From NCBI RefSeq assembly GCF_018977255.1, contig NW_024704742.1:29204001-29268000 (forward strand): a DNA stretch of 64,000 nt, given 5' to 3'. Shown here piece by piece: positions 13,680 through 26,410 of the stretch. The notes under the pieces were generated by a model. That model was not told the DNA's origin. It searched no databases and worked only from the letters and a program-made list of their open reading frames with translations. The number at the start of each line of letters is the position of its first letter. Within the stretch, counting starts at the first letter, position 1. Source of the DNA: Callorhinchus milii. Taxonomy: Eukaryota. Both the position numbers and the translations under genes were made by a program.

Positions 13680-14060
13680 GACTGGGAATACAAGATGATG
13701 TGTGTGGAGGGAGGGCATGGTTGATCTGGGTAGAATTCCAAAATGTGGGTATAGAATGGTCGAAAGCCTAACCATCAATGGATGTTGGGGGTAGATTGGG
13801 CAGGAGGCACGGAACTGACCAGTATTTGCTGAGCAGAGGGAGGAGCAAAGGCAGTAGGATCACAGGAGGTCACAGAGATAGCATGGAGTGAGACCATGGA
13901 AGCATTTGAAAATGAAGATGATGATCTCAAATTATTTCCACTGGGGAATGGAGAGCCAGTGGATCCAAGTGAGGATAGTCGTCACTGGCTCACAAAGCCT
14001 GGTGTAGGAAAAGACACAGGCTGCAGAGTTCTACATGGTCTGCAACTTTTCTAGGGAGGA
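13680..14060 (-). mobile_element. Old L2 fragment
   Basis: Reverse strand of the QNSAA..LHWLP region (ggagagccagtgga, ctgcagagttct). Confidence 0.6.
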
Positions 14061-15254
14061 GCTACAATTACAAGATTGAGATTTATTAAGCGAGTCAGAC
14101 AAAGCTATTTCACAAAGGTTAATCGGCAGATGAAATCATTGATGCAAATAGTGTAAATGGGATCAAGCGATACTGGATATTCTTCTAGAGTGGATTGATG
14201 TAATATGATGAGAAGATGGGATTGAGAGCATCTATTACAGCCTTCTTGGCTCAAATAGCCTTTTCTTGTTCCCGAAAATGTTGCGTTACTATTACAAACT
14301 ATCTACAAATCCATATAGTTGAAAATCCAATGATAGATATTATATCTAAGTTCTCCCCTGACCAGTCTGCTATGTCTACCACCAGTGAGGTTCTCTAAGG
14401 TACCATTACTATTTCTAGAACCAGGGGAGGAGGGGAAACAACATCACAATTGCTTCTCTCTCTATCATAGTGTCCGAGGCAGATATGATGTTACCATCAA
14501 ATGTGAGGAGTGTTTGAAGCCTGCGCAGTGGCCTTTCCAGATTGCACTGCGCAAACTGGAGAAGATTTGCCACGGCAGATTGATAAGATAATAGTTATTG
14601 GTCCTGCAATACCCCAACCAAGTACCCATCGTAGCACAGGGGATATTTACCTGCTATTTGAGTGCCACTATAGAGTACACACACCACAATGGCATAAGCA
14701 TACACATGTGCACTGTAACAAAATGTATTGCAGCAGTTGGTGGGGCATGTTGCATTTTTATATATGCTGACTTTTTAATCTATTTCACCACATCAACTGG
14801 AGGAATATCAAGAACCCTCCTCCATGCAACTCCTGTTGTTCCCATTGAGAACACACTTGAGCTTCTTAAAGCTAGACTGCAAGGGGCAGCATTCAATTCC
14901 ATGGCTAATGTTCAACCTAATTCAGTGTCACCTTGGAGAGCATCCATAAAGAGCAATGTTAAAACTGGCAGTTAGTCCCTCATTATTTCTATAAACGGAA
15001 ATAGGTCCATGTTGGAATAATATGTAATTGTGTAAATATCTTCATAATATTCAACCAGAAGGCTGTTATTATTTTCTGACTTTGTTAATTCTGAATATTT
15101 TTCATAAATCAGCAAAAGTACCTCAATATTACCAATTAAAGACAAACTCTTTTTTTTGGATCACAATCATAGATTTTATTTGCTCAATTGACCAAATAGA
15201 TTTTACTTTACTAATTCCTTGACTATTTATTATTTCCTTTCCTCTTTCTTTGCA

Positions 15255-15530
15255 GAACTAGGGGATCGCTGCATTGTCAGAGTTTAGGAATAGACATTCA
15301 ACCGAGGTCCATGGCTGTTCTTCAAGGCTGGATTTGAAAGATGTGGGAGTTTCTCCCAATGTCCTGGCCAAATAATGCTTCAGATATAAGTGATCGTTCA
15401 CCTCATGGCTGTTTGTAGGGACCTTGCATGAAACAGCTGCGGCGTTTGCCTACAAACTATATTGTACAGTAAATTCTGTGTCCTCCCACTGTAAAAGATG
15501 CTGTAACAAATCCAAGGATTATTATTATAA
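15255..15530 (+). mobile_element. DeuSINE-type SINE fragment
   Basis: Deu-like ctgcattgtcagag..aaccgaggtcc..gggagtttctccc..tgtcctggccaa; ends ggattattatt. Confidence 0.65.
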
Positions 15531-15979
15531 ATAGTCACTACAGTAGGCAATAGTTACTGTAAAGCTCTTTGAGTCCTTTTGACACGATAAACTGCTTTTT
15601 CACAGTAAACTTTTGTTTTCCTCCTCTATTCATCCTATATTCAAGTTCAGGTGCAGATTAGAAGTCTACTGAACATTGCCATTTCATCCTCAAACATTAA
15701 TTCTCACAGCTTTTACATTAATCTGTCACATGTCTCACTCTTATTGGTCGTCTGGGCGTGTTGTTATTACTGTATTCATGCTGAAGGTGTCCTTGATTAT
15801 GACATTTGGACAATAGTGTTTATTAACTGTGCATCAATGCAGCAAACAGTGTGTGTTCAATAACGCAGAAAATCCAAACGGAGATATGCACAGTAGTAGT
15901 GTTCCCTCCAATGCAACAATGAAAAATAGTTTAATTTCTCAATATTATAACAAAATAAAGCATTATGGTATGGCAATGA

Positions 15980-16042
15980 TTAATACTAACCTCTTGCTAC
16001 AGAATGTTAACACTAACCTTTTGCTACAAAATGTTAACTAAC
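15980..16042. repeat. 27-bp tandem duplication (about 2.3 copies)
   Basis: ttaatactaacctcttgctacagaatg / ttaacactaaccttttgctacaaaatg / ttaactaac. Confidence 0.9.
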
Positions 16043-16179
16043 TTAAATTATGGGAAGGTCATTAAAAGTATCTTATTATAGAGTTCTTACTAATCTCATG
16101 GTATAAGGTAATTGGAGTATAGAAACTGATAGATACAAATTGGAACTTTTAACATTAACCCGAGGACTGGCCAATAGGA

Positions 16180-16535
16180 CCTTGTTTTAGTTGATAACAC
16201 TATCGCCTCTGAGTCTTGCCCATGTCAAGACTTTGAATTCACATGAATTGCCACTACAATGCAGCACTGGGGATGTGCTGCACTATTGAATGCGATGTTA
16301 AGCTAAGGTACCATCTGCCTATTTAGGTGGATGTTTAAGATCTCATGGGAACTGACTAATCGAAAAGAGAAGGGAGTTTCTCGCAGTGGCTATTTGTGGG
16401 ACATTACAATGCAGAAATTAGCTGCCTTGTTCTACCACAAAAATGCAGTCACTACACTTTACTATAAATCCTATGAAGCACTTTGAAATGTCTTCCCGAT
16501 GTGAAAAGCGCTGTATCAAATACAGGGATTATATT
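16180..16535 (+). mobile_element. DeuSINE-type SINE, degraded
   Basis: cgcctctgagtc head remnant, Deu-like core, and gtgaaaagcgctgtatcaaa 3' end. Confidence 0.65.
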
Positions 16536-18688
16536 TATACTTTATGTAATAAGAATATGATGCCAGATTGTTTTGTGTCCAGTCATGTTACCTCAGATTT
16601 ACCGCTCATTTTGGTATGTTACCAAAGGCAGTAAAGTACTATGTCTGGTAGTTAAAGCTACGTAACCTCCGTCCAAAGCTTTAATAATATGTTAACTAAA
16701 ATACCAATCAAAGGAACTATAAGAAGCAGATCTCATCTGAATAATTATCTGATGCATTCCAACAGTTTTGATCTCTTTGGCACCAAACACGGCATATTTA
16801 AGTAAATTAGAAGCAGGATTTAATGCAAACCACTAGCTAACACTGATATTTGCACATTTGTTTCCATAAATATTAATGTTCTGTTAGATATACAACATAA
16901 TTGCGCTTCAATATATTGCACCACTGTGCATTTTAGTTATTCTAAGCATTTTGGGGTAAAAACACATTATTTAAAGGTAAAGTATAATGCAATTACATTG
17001 AACATGCATTAAGAGCCCCAAAAATTGTAAAATTACATAATTCATTGGTAATAACCAAGCCAGCTAAGGTATGGAAATATTTGTTTAAAGAAATTAGTTT
17101 TTTTGCCTCATACACAATCATGGATTTTTCATCTAAAGATTGAGCCATTGATTGCTTGGAGACAGATCATCTGAAAATACAATATACAAATGTAGAAATT
17201 ATGAATACCTGACCTTGTGCTGTACATCAACTGAGGAGGATGTTTTGGAAGACGATGGACAGTGTGTGACGATATTCCATGTAAATTGATACTGCTATCC
17301 ATGTCAAGCTTGTGCACAGTGCATGCAGATGTATTATATGAATGACATGAAGTAAAGTAACTGAATCTGACGAATTAATGGATGTGTACTCGAACTCGTA
17401 CACTATATTGAGAATGATTGGCACTTCAAAAAATTCCTGGATGCCACATCACTAGTGCTTTGCTTCCTTTTCAGATATTTCTTATGAACTAACATTTAAT
17501 AATCCTTACATTTGGGATCACAAGATTCGTTCAGATGAAGATGCCCCTTCGGCCCATCTGATCTCATCTTTCCAGAATATTTATCTTACTCCCTTCACCG
17601 CATTAAGCTGTTTTCTTTTAAAATGAGTAAGTGCTTTGTCAATGAATGTTACATTTATTTCTGAAACTTTGAATTTGGACACTATTATATGCTACATATA
17701 ATAACAATCTTTGCATTTGATAAGGTACCTTATCATGTGATTGAAACATCTCAAAACACTTCATAGGATTTACTGCATAGGATGGTGACTGTATTTATAG
17801 ATGTACAATAAAATCACAGTCGATAATGGATCATGCAATTTCCCCTGCATCTTGATGATGGCATACTGAATGTTCCTTAAACATCAAAATATTTACTATC
17901 TGGATGTCCTGGGGTCCTGTCCCAACACAAACACAGGTCTTGAGAAGTCAGCCTCACGCACATCTGGCCAACGCATATTCTAATACTTAAGGAATCTCTA
18001 ATCTTAGTGTACAACCTAGACCACCAATGTCATTCTACTGATAAGCGATACATAGCAATATACATAGAGTTGTCGCCAAATGTTTCTTACCACTGTGCTC
18101 TCCCCACTTACACAACACTCAGCGTGATTCCTGTAAAGATATGGTAGCGTCATCCTCAAATTCATGTCATGTACAATGTAGCTGCAGCAGGTATGTGACG
18201 TTTCAGCAAAATGTTTGTTTTAACCGAAGGATTAGTTCAATTTCATGTGTGACTGCGACTGAGTTTTCAAATAATAAGAATCCAGTTCATATTGTCAACC
18301 TCTTAGAGCCATTGAATGTTTATCTTTAAACCCTCCCGAATATCAGTGGTAGTTGGTGCGACTGAGTGTTTGCCTTTACCCCTCCTGAATACTAATAGCT
18401 GCTGCAAATCCTGTCCATTTTTACGCCCCCCGCGTCCCCGCCATTCTTCATGATCTTCCCAGTTTCTGCTCAGTTTCATTGAAAGGTTACCATGCTGAAT
18501 CCACATCTCCATTTCTATACGGCGGGAAAACCCCAAGAAACCCTGTTTGAAAGATAACGCCTGAATAAAACTGAATATTGTTCTTTGTGATTACAACAGT
18601 CAGTGTTCAGACCGTGTGCGTGCTAGTTGCTGTGCTGGTTCCTTCAGCTGACCACAGACAGATGTAGGGGATTAATTTAAATTACAAG

Positions 18689-18706
18689 GGTGCCATCTAG
18701 CGGTTG
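18689..18706 (-). promoter_or_regulatory. CTCF-like binding motif
   Basis: Minus strand reads CAACCGCTAGATGGCACC, fitting the CCRCYAGRKGGCR core; lies beside a locally CpG-richer patch at 18340-18620. Confidence 0.45.
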
Positions 18707-19949
18707 CAAATAGCATTGATCACATCCTTATTTATAAGTTCAGAACTTACTTAATAATGTAGTCCTTCCATTTGCATTTCCATATTTTTTCTAACTTTTT
18801 ATACATAAGGTTTTTGGCCATTCCATGTATCATTCCCTGACTCATCTAACATTATGGGGTATAGTGCATAGGTAGTTCAGGACATATGTGCATGCGACCA
18901 CCAGGAAGGTGCAAGGCAAACTAGATGGATCTTGGTCTGTTTTCTCATCTAGTGTTTCTTATGTTCTTCATCCCAGTCTCTCTTCTATATTGCTCGCAAG
19001 GGAGGTGCGCATGACAGCAGCCCATGCCATGACGTCCATCCCTCCCTCTAGAAAAGTGCCCTCACCTCTTTGTCTGGCTTGCTCCTCTTAGACATGCACC
19101 TCAGATACACATATGAAACAGTGACATGCTTAATAATAATAATAATCCTTGCATTTGATATAGCGCTTTTCACGTCTTCTAGACGTCCCAAAGCGCTTCC
19201 CTCCCTCTTAAGCATATTTTATGGATTAAGAAAAACAAACTCAAAACTCTCTTCCCCCAAAAGGGAGAAACAGAAAAAAAATCAGGAGGCCAGTTTGCAA
19301 TTGGTGTGTTGGAAATATATGCCTGTCAGATAGTCACTGGAATCCCTCCACGACATTGTCCTATACAACCTTCTGCCCCCTGTGATTCTTTGTCGGTTCC
19401 CTCAACTCAGCAAACACAAACCTGCTTCATGTCCGATCCACCCTCCGGTGGGTGAGCTTTCAGCCATTCTGTTCCCACTTTTTGGAACTCCATTCTGGGG
19501 TCTTTAATCCTTACCTCCCCAGCTCAGACTCCAGGCCAGATGTGTGAGGTGCTTTGAGACATACATCCTCCTGACGAGAAAGGGGCTATATAAATAAATC
19601 TAAACTGTTGCTGTTGCTCTTGTTTCTAGTTAAGCATAACTGTCTCAGTTGAATAAGGAATTGCAATGAAAACAATGCCTGGGAGAAAAGTAGAAACAGA
19701 TGGGCAGACCATCTGATAGCACAGCTATCACTGTGATTACAGTATTACACCCATAGAACCGATAGGTTTACAGCACAAAAGAGGGTCATTCAGGCCCTTT
19801 TCTACATGCTGGCTCTTTAAAAGAACCTTCTTTTAAAGGTTCAGTCGGATTTACCTGTCCTTTCTCCATACCCCTGGGAGTGCAGGTTCCAGAAACACTC
19901 AGATCCTACCACCAACATTGACACTCTTTTCCTGGAAGTAAGAAGAACT

Positions 19950-20300
19950 TTAATTGTTACAGTGGCGAGAACATTCAAAACATCTCAGTGCTCTTCGCAA
20001 TAAATACTGTTACATGGCATGACTGTCTTTCTGCAAGCAAATACAGTAACATGATGTAAATGATTGATTAATTTGAAGGCCTGCCGTTCAGAGTACTCCA
20101 GCAACTCCCTTCTCTTTCAATTAGTGCAAGATGATCTTTGATGCCCACCTTGACATTAGGCAGACAGGACATTGGTTTAATGTCTCCAATGAATGGCAGC
20201 TCCATCAATGCTGCATTCCCCTAAAGTGTGAGCTGAAAACCCGATGTGGCCCTTGAACTCTGACGCAGAAGTGAGGGGTCTGCTAACTGAGACAAGTTGA
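19950..20300 (-). mobile_element. DeuSINE-type SINE, degraded
   Basis: Reverse-complement Deu motifs: aactcccttctctttcaa, ggtttaatgtctc, ctctgacgcagaag. Confidence 0.6.
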
Positions 20301-21532
20301 CCTTTTGTCACCAAAAGACGGCAAGGATCAATGATAAGGGCCATATCAATGAATGTTGACAGAGTAACACTGATGCCAGCAGTTGTATACCTGCTCTCTC
20401 TGTTGGGTAGCAGTGAGCGCACAAGAATGGAAAAAAGGTAGAAAGCATCACTAGAAAAATAATGATTTTCCTTTATGAAATTATCTTCTCAATCTCTCAA
20501 CACACTTTACAAATTGATAATTTGCATTCATTTCATGAAGTTTCCCAATGGTGCTTATTACAAGGTTCTTTGGAAAACAGCTCTGTCATTCTGTGAAGCA
20601 TTTCCATTACAGCAACACAATAACACTCGTATTATTGTTTTCCCAGCAAGAATACTGAATAAAAATTAATATAGCTTAGTCTTAAATCCTGCTGCATTTT
20701 AAATGTGTACAGACACCAAAAAAAAGGAGCAAGCAGGAAAATTTAAATAAGGACTCGTTTATGGGGAGTTTTCGCTGAATGAAACCAAATTGTTAAACAT
20801 TGCCAAACTCCGAACAACAAAACTTCAGATTAATTGTGATGTATGGCAAGAGTTCACAACTCTGACCAGCTTTCAATCCCTCGCTATGTTTAAAGCCTCC
20901 TTGCTGGAATTCAGCTGAGGTTTCAAGTGATGGGTGAAATCTACGAAAGAATTCAGCCAATGTGTGCTCCAACTGAGACTGTAATTTTCCACGTTCTACT
21001 TCCACAATGTTGCAAATTCCCTAAGGATCCCTTTCCATTTCAGGACTTTTCCAAGAATAATACTTCAGCAAAATAGGCTGGCGGCACTGCAAGATGTTGA
21101 GCAGTCAGTCCATTGTGCTCTAGCTGGAACAGAGGAGATTTGTGCTCACTTATGTCTGAACATGGCATGATTAAATTGTCAATGCAGCACAATAATAATA
21201 ATAATAATCCTTACATTTGATATGGTGACTTTCATGGCAGGAGGACATCTCATAGCACTTCACAGAATTTATTACAAAGTGTAGGTGAACACGGCAATCA
21301 ATTTGCACACAGCAATGTCCCACAAATAGCAATGAATCGAATGACCCATTTTAACTGGGGGATTGTTGACCAGAACAATCCATGAATTTCTAACAGGATT
21401 CCTTCAATAAGCATCGCTTCGACCCGCAGGATCTCTGATTGACACAATGTATTTCTGGAGCGTGTCACCCCATTCTAGAAGTAGATCATGTTGAATTAGA
21501 GTTCCTGGTCAGCGTGATATACTCTGTTACTC

Positions 21533-21741
21533 CAGGCCAGAAATTCCACCTTATCTCAGCCTGACAGCCGACTTTGATTTAAAATTTAAGATTATGCAAA
21601 ACTGTGGAGACTTCTAAAATCCAGTCTTAATTTGGAAAACCAGCTTCCAAATTGAATCTCAACTTAAGAATTGTTTTCAATTCTATGTGATCTTAAATTT
21701 TAAGACAAAAAAAGTTAAGGCCAGGTGGAATTTTGAGGGCC
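21533..21741. mobile_element. MITE-like palindromic element
   Basis: Imperfect terminal inverted repeats ggccagaaattccacc ... ggtggaattttgagggcc with internal ttaaaatttaaga / tcttaaattttaa symmetry; related sequence at about 35310-35495. Confidence 0.5.
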
Positions 21742-22794
21742 TTGGAATGTATTGCGATTTGTAAACTTAATAAGCAATCCTGTTAATAATCCTGAGTCTC
21801 AGACATCCTATGAGCTATTCTTCAATGTGACCTCATCACTTTGTCCTCTCTTGTAGATAGCAGTTTGTGTTGAGAGTTGACATTTCTCTCAGTTAGCCCA
21901 CAGCTCAGGCTCACAGTCAGCTGTATGAAACACTTTGAATCGTCAGGCCAACACGAAAAGCACTATATAAATGTTGCTATTGTCACTGTTGTTCATTGAT
22001 CTCAAGCATTTGTGACTTCGGCAGGGTATATAAATAGGAACACAAAAGTTAGTTCAAAAATTGTGTTTCTTAACTATCTGTATTAAAATGTATTCTTTTG
22101 CCAGCAGTAAAAAAAAGCAGCGAGTTAATCTCATTAAATGATTTTTTAAAGGCCATTAAGTATTAAAATTCCACAATTGTCAAGGGACGAGAAGCAGAGA
22201 TTTTTTTCAATTTAGCAATACCGAGTTTAATGTCAGGATCATACTGAACCTGGGAGCGGAGCTGGGCGCCAGGTCCCGCGCTCAGTCTCAACTGGCACAG
22301 AGCAAGCAGATAAAATTAAAAATAAACCTTTCCAGTTCCCACATTAGCAACCCAACGATGTCCATCCTCTTTACAACAACCACTCTGTCCGTTCATTAGC
22401 AGCAACTCAAATGTAATGCAGTGTCATCTCAAAGCACAACTCTGAGATTCTGACTTTTGCTAATATTGCAGTGTGTATGTGTTAAGCCTCAAAGGTGTAG
22501 GTTCACAAACATCTCAACCCGTTACATTTCAGAAACAGCAGGTAGTCAGGTGAAAGGATTTTCAGAAGGGATGTGTCTGATCAGTTTTATGTTTTGTATT
22601 CTCATCTATCCAGAGGCTAATGCCTTCTTGAATTAAGATGTCAGAAATATCAAACACGCTGAACTCTCACATAACAGCATGAGCTCTCCTGTCTGTTTAT
22701 CTTCAGTCTTCACTTCAGATTTTTTGTCAAAAGTATTCATTATTAGGTTTGCCACTCTTTGAAGTATCTCAATATAGTTTCCTGCACATTCGCA

Positions 22795-23172
22795 AAGTCC
22801 TGTGGCTCAGTGATTAAAGTACTTGCCTCGCAAGCGAGAGACCTGGATTCAATTCCCAGCTGGGCAAAATGTTGGGCAATTTTATTTACTCCACACCTCT
22901 GTTTACCTAGTAATAAGTAGGAACCCAGTTGTTAGTCAATTGGCAGATCACTTTTCTGGGGTAATAATTCCTTCAAATAAAAATTTGGTCACTTCAATCC
23001 ACAGCTGTTTGCGGAACACTGCTGTGCACAATTGGCTGTGTGTTTCACCCACAAAATATGCAGTCAATTCACTTTAATTGACTGTCAATTCAGTATATTC
23101 TGTAAAGCGCTTTGAGACATCTTGAAGATGTGATAAGGCGCTATATCAAATGCAAGGATTATTATTATTATT
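22795..23172 (+). mobile_element. Full-length young tRNA-derived SINE (long form)
   Basis: tRNA head, central cctctgtttacctagtaataagtaggaacccag block, and (ATT)n tail. Confidence 0.9.
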
Positions 23173-26092
23173 TGTGGTGCATTTATATTGTCCCATTTCT
23201 TAAATTAAATAAAACCACACCGTTCATATAACTCATGTCAGGATTTGAGGTTTAATACATGCACACTGTAAATATTACAAAAAGAGCTATTTTCTTTAAC
23301 AGCTTAATGTGTAGTGGTATGAAAAATACCAGGGAGCCAAACGCCTGCCCAGAGTTTCACTAGGAGGGAGAGGACTATGGAAAAATAGGCTGCTGATCTA
23401 TCTGCAGTTCTGCAACTCTACTCCCTCATTTCTGTCCCTCAGACATAGGCATGAGCCTAGTGTCCAATGTCTTTGGGTGAAGAAGGTCCTTTGGCCCACC
23501 TGATCTCATCCTTCCAGAATACCCTCCCTACTGTCCCTCGGTCACAGCCTCAAACTGCTTTTTAAATGGGTCCAGTGTCCTGGCCTCAACCAACCTTTCT
23601 GACAACCCATTCCAGTTATTAATATTTCTTGGTGTCTGTTCTGAAATTGCTGTTTGCAATTCTAAACCTGTGTCCCTCTTGTTCTACTGTTTCAATGCAT
23701 TCTGAAATATCCTTTATATTGTTTCTGGAGGCAAACCTGGATTTGGAGGCAACTAATAATGGACATTGGAAGGTTTTCCACCCCACATCTGGCTAGCTCT
23801 GACCCACTGTCTATCTTCCACTTGCCTATAGAGATCTGACAGAATATTATAAACTCCATGCTCTGAAGCAAGCAGTCCTGGCAATGCACCGTACCTGCAT
23901 TAATATGCTGACACCAATGTGCAAGTATCATGCTGGCATCAAGATTTTCATAGGTTCATGAATCAACATTACATTATTTTTCCTGGGTCCTCTACCATGG
24001 GGAAATGGTCATCGCAAAGGACTCTGATGGCAGTTTCCATCAGTATGAATGTCTTGGCATCTTCATAAATAATTAGATAACTTTGTCGAGACATCCATGC
24101 AGCTATCTAACATTATTTGACACAGGCTGTCTCTAGGGATTGTAAAAAAAAGTTTCACTCCAGCTTTCAGGACTCTGGATCCCCCGAAAACCAATGCTAT
24201 GTGAAAGTGATATTAAACCTGATTTATGCTCCACTTTAAACGTCAATTTCACACGGACATTACATCACACCCGCATTAAAGCGCAATATAAATGGGACAT
24301 ACAATTAATTTGTTTTTCTGCTTGTGCTTAGAAGCATTTCTAAGCATTTTCATCTGTTATTTTCACCCGCTCTCAGTCCTCTGCCTCTTTTATTCCCTTA
24401 AGTGCTTCATTATTCATCCTGTTTCACACATCATATATTTCACATCCTCATCTTTTCTCCTCCTCCCAGGAACACCTTGTGCTTGAAAGCCCAACTTGCA
24501 CTTTTCAGTTGTTTTTTTAGGGTTTGCGAACACCTCACCCAAGGATACAACCCTCTCACTTTTTATTCTTAACTCTACCTTAAAGCCCTGTGATGCTATT
24601 TCGGGCTTGAGGCTCTCTTTTACTATAGTTTGAAAACAGCTGACTATATGTCGGTGGCTTCAGCAGAAGCAATACTGTAATTCCATGTACATTCTGTACT
24701 AAATAAAGCCCATCAACATTAAGTGCCTCATTCGCTCAAGCGAGTAAATGCATAACTGCCTTGCACAAGGTTACAGTGTATCCCCGCCTTACACTCAAAT
24801 GTACCTGCCTCCGGCTGGTGAAACTTCTGTTGTGCTTTCATTGCAGTGTTGCTATCAGCAGCTGCCCTGCCTTCAGCCAGGTAACTGAGGTGGCAGCAAC
24901 GGCTCCCAGGCCATTGACAGCCACGTGGGTTTTCTCTCTGGCTCTGGAGGAGGCAGTGCTGGAGGCAGCAAAGTAAAAGCTGCATCCTGACCACCAGTCA
25001 TTGTGTGTTTCTGGACCTAGGCAAGTAATACTCTCACACTGCTGTCTTCTATGCCCACACAGGGACTATCCATGGCCAGCTAATAAAATCACACATCTGT
25101 ATCCCACTCTAGGCCCACAGTCAGATACGTGTAATCCAACATGTCTCTCCTTCAACTAATAGGAAATGTGTACGGGCCCCAAGGGAAATAGCACACAAGG
25201 GCAAACACAGGAGCAAACCAAACTACGGAAGATAGCACTAGCAGTGCTTAATTTAATAAACTCATGTTCGTTTTAATGCGTCTTGCAATCTGTCATTCTT
25301 AATTGTATCTAAAATAAAATATCTGCTGGAAATAGCAAGCCGAACAAAACAAGTGCATTACATAGTGAAAGGCAACAGTGATGTCAAACAGCAAACCCGT
25401 GATAGTAGATATCATCCATGTGAAACTAAAATGGGGACTAATTTGTGGTATTTCTTACCAGGCTTCTTAAGAAGAAATGTAAAATTCATACATTTCTAAT
25501 ACTCCTTTGACACCTCTACTCTACCATAGGTGGCCGTGCCATCTGCGACTAGAACTGTTAATTTCTGGAACTCTCTGCCTCACCACATTTTATCTATCGT
25601 TAAAGCCTACCTAAAAACCTACCACTTCAAACATGCTACCTTCACCGACACTACCCTTTCTCCCTTGCTTGGCGTCCAACAATATAGCTTTTTGACATGT
25701 TATCCTGTGTAAAGCGTGGCATATAAATGCAAGTTCTTGTTTTTTTGTTTTAAAATAATAAACGGGCATTAATCCTCAAATAGGACATTTCAGAAATGTG
25801 ATAATTACACATTTCATATTCAGAAATCTCTTTGCATTTTTGACAAGCGTGTTGGGATGTCATCTACCACCTTGGAATAAGTAATAGGGCTAGACCACTG
25901 CAGAACTCCAATATAAATCAGAGAAAAGATCTGATCAATCTAGTTTCTGTATTCCCCCTCTATTGGACTCAAACCCAGTGCCTATGAGACTGTGTCCAAA
26001 TAGAACCAAAAAAAGTCAAATGCCTTGAGGAAAAGGATGGAATTCAAAGAGAAAAGAGAGAAAAAAAAACTGGGCAGGGACCTGGGTCACCC

Positions 26093-26410
26093 TATAATAT
26101 ATAATAAAGACATTTGGGGCCAAGTGCACTCCCGATGGGCTAGAAGCACATTCTCACCAGGAAGTTTGAGGACCAGTTGGAGAAGCCAGTGACGTTCATT
26201 GCTGAGAGACGAGGTCCTTGCCTGAAAACTTCGGCCACAATAAACCAGGGGATTGAACCTGGATCGATCTCGAAAAAGGCCACAAAACTGAACACGGCCA
26301 CAAGACTGAGATACGACATCTCTGGGACCTTCCCCACCAGTCCCAACGCGATGGTGATGAGTAGTGCAAACCATCATGCCACCCAAACCAATGAAATGGA
26401 GAATTCGAGC
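26093..26410 (-). pseudogene. SLC2A: Processed pseudogene fragment of a class I facilitative glucose transporter (GLUT1/3/4-like), C-terminal transmembrane region
   Basis: Reads [15 protein letters not shown] /frameshift/ [81 protein letters not shown] /frameshift/ VFII. This matches the GLUT signature [20 protein letters not shown] and contains an in-frame stop and two frameshifts. Confidence 0.92.

Noticed and set aside
23700..25000. Possible Harbinger-type transposase debris
   Set aside because: Only a vague compositional impression; no diagnostic motif could be read.
26140..26346. Functional GLUT exon of a host gene
   Set aside because: No splice sites at the expected boundaries, adjoining exon sequence is fused, and there are a stop, frameshifts and substitutions in the GPGPIPW motif.
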